Positions 9,700-17,712 of a DNA stretch of 22,382 nt are shown one piece after another (position 1 is the stretch's first letter; every line of letters starts with the position of its first letter). The notes under the pieces were generated by a model. It did no database searches. It was not told where the DNA came from and worked only from the letters and a program-made list of their open reading frames with translations. This stretch comes from Octopus sinensis (taxonomy: Eukaryota), in contig NW_021823589.1 of assembly GCF_006345805.1 (NCBI RefSeq), positions 1-22,382 on the forward strand, read 5' to 3'. The position numbers were made by a program, and so were the translations under genes.

Positions 9700-9899
9700 T
9701 GTGTGGGTGTGTTTTCCCCCCACTACCACTTGACAACCAGTGTAACTTAGCTGTTCGGTGAAAGAGACTGATAGAATATGTACCAGGCTTTTAAAAAAAA
9801 AATACAGGGGTCAATACATTTGACTAAACATTCCTCAAGGGTCAGTGCCCCAGCATGACCACAGTCTAATGACTGAAACAAGTTAAAGATAAAAGATAC
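9700..9899 (+). mobile_element. SINE family A-like 3' half
   Basis: cttgacaacc...gtaacttagc...gtgccccagcatgaccacagtctaatgactgaaacaag. Confidence 0.82.
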
Positions 9900-9947
9900 A
9901 TTAGGCTCTGTTTGAAGCAACAAACAACCTGGGACAATAAGAGAAAA

Positions 9948-10025
9948 CACTTTCCCAAGGTGCTGTGCCGTGTGATTGAACCCGAGACTAGAGAGTTGCT
10001 AAGTGAGTGTCTTAACTATACAGCT
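9948..10025 (-). mobile_element. Degenerate SINE head fragment
   Basis: cactttcccaaggtgc...gattgaaccc...ttaactatacagc parallels the minus-strand SINE heads. Confidence 0.55.
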
Positions 10026-10054
10026 GGGAAGTGAAGAAACTATAGACTCTAGAA

Positions 10055-10135
10055 TAGGGGTTCTCAACCATTTTTTAACTATGGATCCCTTTGATCACTA
10101 TTTTATCCTGGTGGAGCCCCATAGCCATTCATGTT
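10055..10135 (+). mobile_element. Possible hAT-type MITE terminus, one end only
   Basis: taggggttctcaacc resembles the CAGGGGTTCTCAACC termini of hAT-family MITEs. No partner TIR was found. Confidence 0.3.
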
Positions 10136-10381
10136 TAAAAAATATTTTATTGTGTCTGGAGAAAGCCATTCTCTTTTAGTGCTTTATTACTTAACACACT
10201 CACTGGTTCGATTTCTGCAGCACGAAGTTTTGTCAGTGAATTAAATTTAAATGTTGAAGTGAATATAACGGTTTTTGTGTGTTTCTTAAATGGCTTATAA
10301 ACACCTTCTGCGCTGCAATTATTTTTGTTCCAGCACACGATCTCAGATCAAGTCACTCGCTATGTGCAAGTACATCTCCGT

Positions 10382-10405
10382 AATATATATATATATATAT
10401 ATATA
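10382..10405. repeat. (AT)n tract that supplied the mariner TA target
   Basis: Directly visible and abuts the left TIR. Confidence 0.9.
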
Positions 10406-11628
10406 CGAGGGACATTCAATAAGTAATGCCCCTGACCCACTTGCAGTTTGATCTAGCTGAAATTTTACATGTGCAATTATTTATATCTCTATAGATTAAA
10501 TGGCAAATTACAGCTCTGAACTAATTGTGGTTTCTGATTTACAGGTGTTTGAACTGAGTCAAGTGTGAAATGGAGCCTGTTGAGTGTCGAGCAGTGATCC
10601 GGTTTTTGTATTTGAAAGGACGCACACCACAGGAGACTTTTGATGAAATGAAAGCAACTTATGGTGATGATGCCCCATCATATAACCTTGTAAAACGCTG
10701 GCATTGTGAGTTCAAACATGGTCAGAACTCTGTGGAAGCAGCTCCCAGATCTGGTCGCCCCACTTCTCCCAAGTTGAGGCTGCCATTTTGGAAGATCGAC
10801 GCATAACTATTCACCAAATAGCCCATGAGGTCAAGATTAGTACTGGGTCTGTGGAAACTATCATTCATGACCATTTGCATATGCAAATGGTGTCTGCCAG
10901 ATGGATTCCCAGGTTGCTCACACCTTTCCAGAAGCAAGAACGCATCGAGTGCTCGAGGATGAATTTGGAGATGTGCCAAGAAGATGAGTCAAAATTTTTC
11001 AAAAGTTTGATTACACAGGATGAAACCTGGGTCCATCACTATGATCCAGAGACCAAAGTCCAGTCAATGCAGTGGAAGCACCGTGACTCACCTCCTCCAA
11101 AGAAGGCAAGGTCATGCTCACAGTCTTCTGGGACCAGGACGGCGTAGTGATGACAGATTTCCTGGCAAAGGGTACCACAATTACAGGAGCCTATTATGCA
11201 TCACTTTTGAGGAAATTAAGAGAAGCTATCAAAATCAAGAGGTAGTGCAAGATCAGCAAAGGCATCCTCCTCCTGCAGGACAACGCTCCGGTCCACAACT
11301 CGCGTGTCACCAGATCAGAAGCACAGGCATGCGACTATGAACTCCTCCCTTGCACCCTCTGATTTTCACCTCTTCCCAGCCATGAAGTTGTTTTTGAAAG
11401 GAAAGCGTTTCCCAGATGATGCAGCCTTGATTTCTGAAGTCACGTCGTGGTTGGAGGACCAAGCTGGGGTCTTCTACAAAAACGGTCTCCAGAGCTGCAT
11501 CAAACAATAGGAGAAATGCGTAACTCTGAGTGGTTCCTATGTAGAAAAAGACTAATAACTGTGCCAAGTTTCGTTGCTCTACTACTATGGGAAGTGGGTC
11601 AGGGGCATTACTTATTGAATGCCCCTCG
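10406..11628 (+). mobile_element. Mariner (Tc1/mariner, DD34D-type) DNA transposon, 1223 bp, 37-bp TIRs, TA TSD
   Basis: Left TIR cgagggacattcaataagtaatgcccctgacccactt (10406-10442) and right TIR (11592-11628) match at 36/37. TA at 10404-10405 and 11629-11630. Confidence 0.97.
10570..11555 (+). pseudogene. Mariner transposase pseudogene
   Basis: HTH N-terminus (RAVIRFLYLKG..VKRWHCEFK), RSGRP, WIPRLL, ITQDETWVHHYDP, LLLQDNAPVH, APSDFHLF, ending YVEKD*. Broken by deletions and frameshifts (about 10765, 11108, 11350) and by in-frame stops. Confidence 0.95.
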
Positions 11629-11630
11629 TA

Positions 11631-11692
11631 TGGGCTTTTGTCAGTTTCCATCTACCAAATCCACTTGCAAGTGGTGAGCAAACTTAACACAC
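11631..11692 (-). mobile_element. SINE family A head fragment abutting the mariner right end
   Basis: tgggcttttgtcagtttccatctaccaaatccact matches other minus-strand SINE copies. Confidence 0.7.
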
Positions 11693-11875
11693 ATCTACAC
11701 CTACGCCTAGATGTTTAATTCCGGTTCCATAAGTATATTGTCATGTTGAGACATTTAGTTGCGGTCATTTTGAATATATTCTAACTTAATCCAGTATTTA
11801 TTGAGTGGTGTTTTGGCTCAGCTGTAAATCTGTAGTGAGGTCTTAACCATCTATAAGCATGTGTCTAAGTACTAG

Positions 11876-12362
11876 CTCTTTCTCTCTCTCTCACTCACAC
11901 GCATGTATACACATGCATAGACTTACACACATATGCATAGAGACATAGACATACACACAGATACATAGAGATGCAGACACCCACACACAAACACCCACCC
12001 CATTCCCACACTCAGAGGTATACACATGCATAGACATACACACATGTGCATAGATACATACAGACACCTACACACATACACCCTGCCACACATGTATAGA
12101 TATACACACATGTGCATAGATAAATAGAGACACACATACAGATACAGATACCCACACTCCATACCCACACACATACATCCAGCCACACACCCACCCACAT
12201 ATAGACATATATACACTCACAGACACACATACACACCCACAAATATAGACATACACACACCCACACATACACATACATAGACATACATACACCCACAGAC
12301 ACAAGCCCACAGATACAGACATACATACACCCACAGACACTCACACACACACACCCACAACA
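11876..12362. repeat. CA/CATA/CAGA-rich low-complexity tract
   Basis: Directly visible. It generates the C/V/M-rich ORFs at 11923-12440. Confidence 0.93.
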
Positions 12363-12669
12363 AAGACTAAATGGAAGAGGTGTATAGGCATCAAGAGACA
12401 ATGTCATGCAATGGTGTGTTATCGCTTTGTATAATGCCATATTAACTTAATTGTAATAAACACCAACTCCAGCATCTGACACACACACGATAGACTGTGA
12501 AAGCCTAATCTAATAACATTAAGAAACTGATGTTGGGGTCGAGTGTGGGTAAATATGGACAGTTGTGTTCACTTAGATATTAACCATTTGTGGAAGACTA
12601 AAAGACAGCTGTGTTATATCTGGACATGTCTCAATGTGCACACATGTATAGTGGATGTCTTTGAGGGGC

Positions 12670-12905
12670 GGGGTTTAGCGGTTAGGGTGTTAGAGTCATG
12701 ATTGTGGTTTCAATTCCTAGATCAGGCAATGTGTTGTGCTCTTGAGCAAAACACTTCATTTCACACTGCTCCAGTTCACTTAGCTGGCAAAAGTGAGTAA
12801 TCCTACAATGGCATCCTACTCAGGGTAGAAACATACACAGCACAGATCCTGAGAAACTGGTCTTATGGGCCAATGGTTTGGAAAGGACGACCTTTGACCT
12901 CCTTT
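12670..12905 (+). mobile_element. Old tRNA-headed SINE of a different family (C)
   Basis: A-box-like tagcggttagg, B-box-like ggtttcaattcc (12706-12717), CORE-like tcttgagcaaaacactt. No second copy in the window. Confidence 0.5.
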
Positions 12906-12996
12906 TTTAATTATGAACACTGGTGTGTATTCATATATGTACATACTGTATGTATGTTGCTAGGCAACTAATGTCAGTCTTGAAAGAACAGACCTA

Positions 12997-13209
12997 TTCT
13001 TTAATTGACTGTGGCCATGCTGGAGCACGACCTTAAAGGGTTATGGTTGATGAAATCAACACCAAGATTTATTCTTTGGAAGCCTAGTACTGATTCTTTC
13101 GGTCTCTTTTGCCAAACCACTAAGTTATGGGGACATAAATATACCAGCAATGGTTGTCTAGTGATGGCAGGGGGACAAACACAGAAGCACACACACGCAC
13201 ACATACACA
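12997..13209 (-). mobile_element. SINE family A 3' half (head remnant resumes at 14061-14131)
   Basis: gactgtggccatgctggagcac...ggacaaacacagaagcacacacac. Confidence 0.85.
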
Positions 13210-13214
13210 GATGG

Positions 13215-14053
13215 GTAAATTGTTGCCATTCTATATTTTTAATTTTACACAGGTGCATTGTTGGTTTTTGATTTTGTTGACTACACAGTATAGTAGGGTC
13301 AGTTGGGTACCAACTGTGAGAAAAACAGCACCATGATGCAATTCACTCTGCCAGATATTTGGAAATGACATGCTGTACTGCTTGGCATTCGCGCCAGAAG
13401 CTCCTGTACAAACATTTCAGAGTGTTTGGGTGTCAATCTGAGGACATGTACCAAGAGTGACAAAAATCAAACATCCAGTCAATATCATGGTGTTTGGAGT
13501 GATCGCAAGTGATGGCAACATTATGCCTCCATTCATCTTCCTTCACAGCCACACACTCAACACAGAGGCCTACATCAAGTGCCTGGAGGAACTAGTGCTG
13601 CCCCGGGCGAAGAGGGTGGCAGCTGGAAGACCCTATGTCTGGCAACAGGACTCTGCACTATGCCACAAAAGCAAGAGAACCCATTCATGACCATATCACC
13701 CCTAACATCTGACCATCTAACTACCCAGACTGCAACTACCTTGGTTATTATGTGTGGGGTGCATTTGAGCAAGAGACTAACAAAACTCCTTGTAACACCA
13801 AAGATGAACTGAAGGCAAGGATTATGGCAGCATTCACCAACTTAAACAAGGAGACCATCCCAAGGAGTTGCAGGAGATTCCGAATTTGCCTGGAGGCTGT
13901 GGTTGAGGTCAATGGTGATTTTATTGAATAAATTTACTATTTATTATTTCAAGATATCTTTATACAATTTTGTAAATATATCTGTTAATATGAGATGTCA
14001 GTGTTATTTTCATTTTTGCGTAATTTAGATGACAGTTTATTCACTGCACCTGG
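13215..14053 (+). mobile_element. Internally deleted maT-like (DD37D-type) Tc1/mariner element; right TIR and TA present, left TIR eroded
   Basis: Right end gacagtttattcactgcacctgg|ta (14031-14055). Transposase remnant inside. Confidence 0.85.
13333..13931 (+). pseudogene. maT-like transposase remnant with a large internal deletion at about 13446
   Basis: The N-terminus (MMQFTLPDIWK*HAVLLGIRA..LGVNLRT) is fused to KHPVNIMVFGVIASDG..YVWQQDSA..DHITPNI*PSNYPDCNYLGYYVWG..LEAVVEVNGDFIE*. The DD37D spacing cannot be counted in this copy because of a deletion and a D-to-G change, so family assignment rests on motif resemblance. Confidence 0.85.
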
Positions 14054-14060
14054 TATATAT

Positions 14061-14131
14061 AAAGCTTTGGTTGGCCTGAGGCTATAGAAAACAGTTGCTC
14101 AAGGAGTTATGTAGTGGGACTGAACTCTGAA
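14061..14131 (-). mobile_element. SINE family A head remnant
   Basis: gctttggttggcctgaggctatag...gtagtgggactgaac. Confidence 0.75.
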
Positions 14132-14145
14132 GTGAGACCATATAT

Positions 14146-14531
14146 ATTCTTTTACTCTCTCTTTTACTGTTTTCAGTCATTTGATTGTGGCCATGCTGGA
14201 ACCTTTAGTCGAGCAAATCGACCCCAGGACCTATTCTTTGAAAACCTAGTACTTATTCTATCGGTCTCTTTTGCCGAACCGCTAAGTTACAGGGACGTAA
14301 ACACACCAGCATCGGTTGTCAAGCGATGTTGGGGAGACAAACAGACATATATATATACAAATACACATATATACGATGCGCTTCTTTCAGTTTCGATCAA
14401 CCAAATCCACTCACAAGGCTTTGGTTGGCCCGAGTCTATAGTAGAAGACACTTGCCCAAGGTGTCACGCAGTAGGACTGAACCTGGAGCCATGTGGTTTG
14501 TAAGCAAGCTACTTACCACACAGCCACTCCT
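14146..14531 (-). mobile_element. Full-length SINE family A
   Basis: Complete reverse-complement match to 8509-8887, from the tail to cttaccacacagccactcct. Confidence 0.92.
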
Positions 14532-15068
14532 ACACCTACATTGGAATTTTATGTGTAGAAAAAAGTGGGGTGAATGGATCAGTAAATAATTCACACCACC
14601 TCATTAAGGTGAGAATTGCATGAATTATTCAATCTCCACTGTTCCAAATTTCCACACAGCTTACCCATCAAATTCCGACATAATTCCGACATAAGTCATT
14701 AGAAATATGTTTGTAGAAAAAATTTTTAAATATCAAGTGTACAAAAATTTATGAGGTAACAAAGTCAAGATATGTGAATTATCCGAAACCCCTATCCGCT
14801 ACCCATCCTTCTGAAAAAAATAATGTTTTCTTAGAACAAATTCCAATATAACCCAAAATATATATCTACACTGTATCTCTTGGAAAATTTCATTAAAAGA
14901 AATATATGCATTTCTCAGTAAACTTATGCAGAAACAAAATCAGGAAATGGGTACAAAGTGCTGAATTCTAAGATTATTACGGCTAAAAGAAATTTCAAGA
15001 CAATATCGGGAATATGTGTAGTGGCGGGGTGTTGATATACCAACACAAGTGCATCTCCCTCTGACTTC

Positions 15069-15367
15069 GTTTCCTCATAACTTTCAGAAAAATGGATATT
15101 TTTTAAATGAAATTTTCTACAAATATGCTTCAGATGGTGTAGTTTCCGATTATATTAGAATTTATTATGAAAAACATTTTTTTTTTTCGAGGATTAAGAG
15201 AGAAGTTTCCTCATAACTTTCAGAAAAATGGATATTTTTTAAATGAAATTTTCTACAAATATGCTTCAGATGGTGTAGTTTCCGATTATATTAGAATTTA
15301 TTATGAAAAACATTTTTTTTTTTCGAGGATTAAGAGAGAAGTTTCCTCATAACTTTCAGAAAAATGG
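15069..15367. repeat. Exact 136-bp tandem duplication (15069-15204 = 15205-15340) plus 27 bp of a third unit
   Basis: gtttcctcataac starts at 15069, 15205 and 15341. I found no mismatch by eye, including homopolymer lengths. Confidence 0.93.
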
Positions 15368-15737
15368 GTACCTTTTTTTTTTCTGAAATTTTCTGAAAAT
15401 ATCTTTCAGGGCCTGTATATTATATCAGAATTTAATCTAACCAAACTGAACAATTACCTTAAAGAATGTCTTGCGGTATTTGTTCTGGCTCCCTACACTT
15501 AGAGTTCAAATGCTGCTGAGGTCAACGACTTTCATCCTATTAGATTGATAAAGTACCAGTTATAAAGTAAAATCGATTCCTTCTTTCTATCTTTAGACTA
15601 TATCTGCAATTCAAAAGCACACCCTTATTTCATGTCGAGTTGCCCAGAGAATGCGTTAAGGGTCCGGAGTATTCAAACATTTATACATGAATTCTCAGAG
15701 CAGGAATTCAGTTGGTTGAAAATCAGACGGAGAATCC

Positions 15738-15765
15738 ACCACATTAATTAATTAATTAATGTGGT
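15738..15765. repeat. Perfect 28-bp palindrome accacattaattaattaattaatgtggt
   Basis: The sequence equals its own reverse complement. Confidence 0.95.
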
Positions 15766-16287
15766 TGCATCTGGATTAAAGCATTATACAAATGTTTAAG
15801 GTACAAACACTGCTGTTGAACTAAAAAAAAAAAGGGGGGGGATTGAAAATTTGTGTCCCCCCCCTCTTGCTCAAATTAAAAAAATTAATCTTCTAAAATG
15901 TTAAATTGCCATTTTAGTGTCAAATATATAATTAAAAAGAAAAAATACAAACAAGCAATATCTGATATAGTCATGAGGTTTAAACTGGAAGAAGACTGAT
16001 TTTGTCATCTATTATTTCACAGGCAAACCTATATATATGTGCGTGTGTGCCCTCCCGTGGACTTTGTATCCGTATAACTTTCAGAAAAATGGGTACTTTT
16101 TAAAGGAAATTTTATACAAATACCCTCCAGATAGCATAGATTCCTATTATATGGGAATTTAAAGTGAAAAAAGAAAAAAAACAAGAAAAGGGTGTGCATA
16201 CATACAAATATACATTCAGACAGATAGATGCACATCATAAAGGTATTTAAGTTTCATTTAGAGGGTCTATATTAATTACACACATAT

Positions 16288-16542
16288 AAGGCAAAGTATA
16301 AATAACAGTCATTACATATTTTTCTTTATTGTAGTAAATTTGACTTATAGCTGTTTCCAGTAGTCATGAATGACGAAAGTGGCATTAATTCTTTTCGGTC
16401 TTTCAATTTTTCTAAACCGATCAATGGGCCGATTAAGTAAAGCAATCAATAACGACCCTATAATGCCTACTGGAAGCAGCTGTCGGTGAAATTCATTACA
16501 ATAAAGAAAAATATGTAATAAGCATTATTTATGCCTAGTCTT
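16288..16542. repeat. Fold-back: 80-bp inverted arms (16288-16367 and 16463-16542) with a 95-bp spacer; MITE-like
   Basis: An ungapped alignment gives 64/80 matches, including a 23-bp perfect core attacatatttttctttattgta. Confidence 0.88.
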
Positions 16543-16687
16543 GTATATCACTGTGTAAAAAAAAACAAAAAAAAACCTGGAACACAATCACGGATTTATG
16601 TAGAGTTCTTTGCTAGTTTAAACAATATTGTTAGCCTGGTGAACTAACAGAGTTTACCTCTCTCTCTCACACACACACACACATATA

Positions 16688-16833
16688 TACGGCGGGCTTC
16701 ATTTAGTTTCAATTAAACAAAATCTACTCACAAAGCCTTGGTAGGCTTGAGACTATAGAAGAGTAGGTGCCACGCAATGGGACTGAACTTGGAACCATGT
16801 GGTTGGGAAGCAAGCTTCTTCCCACACAACCAC
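16688..16833 (-). mobile_element. SINE family A 5' half
   Basis: acggcgggcttc...gggactgaacttggaaccatgtggttgggaagcaagcttcttcccacacaaccac. Confidence 0.85.
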
Positions 16834-16918
16834 GTTTGCACCTCTCTGTCTTGTGCGTAATCAGCCGAAATTTTGTATTGTCTTCTGAATGTATTGCGTT
16901 GTTTTCCCATTTTGCATT

Positions 16919-17183
16919 TTTATATATATATATGTATATACACACATGTATATATATGTATATACACACATGTATATATATACACACACACAGAGGTATA
17001 TGTGTGTATATATATATACACACACACATATGTATATATACACATATAGACATACATATATATATATATACATATATATATATACACACACATGTATAAA
17101 TATATATATATATACACACACATATGTATACATATATATATACACACACATATGTATACATATATATATACATACATATATAT
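16919..17183. repeat. Compound (AT)/(AC) microsatellite
   Basis: Directly visible. It is the target site at the RTE 3' end. Confidence 0.95.
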
Positions 17184-17343
17184 ATCATCATCATCGTTTA
17201 GCGTCCGTTTTCCATGCTAGCATGGGTTGGACGGTTCTACTGGGGTCTGTGAAGCCAGAAGGCTTCATCAGGCCCAGTCAAATCTGGCAGTGTTTCTACG
17301 GCTGGATGCCCTTCCTAACGCCAACCACTCCGTGAGTGTAGTG

Positions 17344-17560
17344 GGTGCTTTTTACGTGCCACCCACACAGGTGCCAGACAGAGCTGGCAAACGGCCACGA
17401 ACGGATGGTGCTTTTTATGTGCCACCAGCACAAGGGCCAGGTGAGGCAGGCAACGGACATGAATGGATGGTGCTTTTTACGTGCCACCGGCACGAGGCCT
17501 GTCGGGGCGGCGCTGGCAACGGTCGTGAAACGGAAGGTTCTCTTACATGCCACCGGCACT
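17344..17560 (-). repeat. Four 62-67 bp tandem units in the RTE 3' UTR
   Basis: ggtgctttttacgtgccacc-like cores start at 17344, 17407, 17469 and 17536. Confidence 0.88.
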
Positions 17561-17712
17561 GGTAACACATCTGCAATTTCCATTGATCGATTTCGATTCT
17601 GATCCTCACTTGCCTCAACAGGTCTTCACAAGTAGAGTTTTGTGTCCCAAGAAGGGAAGGTATGCATACGTAGGCTGGCTCCATCCCATGTAGAAGACCA
17701 TGGGTTATGGAC

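Larger units (their letters stand above)
14860..16230. repeat. Unclassified repeat domain built from (c)ataactttcagaaaaatgg...aaattttctacaaata units in both orientations
   Basis: The motif occurs at 15069, 15205, 15341 and about 16073, with an inverted diverged copy at about 14870-14935. Boundaries are approximate and other repeats interrupt it. Confidence 0.55.

Noticed and set aside
10150-10381. Possible Penelope-like terminal repeat with a hammerhead ribozyme (also checked at 190-335)
   Set aside because: I found no intact CTGANGA...GAAA core with supporting stems on either strand, and there is no second copy in the window to define it.
11700-11870. Candidate upstream exon of the MRH-like gene (also examined 8205-8500, 8890-9150, 12362-12600, 14536-14700)
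   Set aside because: None gave an open frame with both splice sites and the expected Cys/IDL pattern ending in phase 2.
14565-14601. 11-bp inverted repeat gtggggtgaat/attcacaccac and the nearby aattccgacat doublet
   Set aside because: They are too short to distinguish from chance or slippage in repeat-rich DNA.
17344-17560. CRISPR-like appearance (about 20-bp conserved cores with about 43-bp variable spacers)
   Set aside because: The spacers are homologous to each other, the array lies in a eukaryotic LINE 3' UTR, and there are no cas genes.
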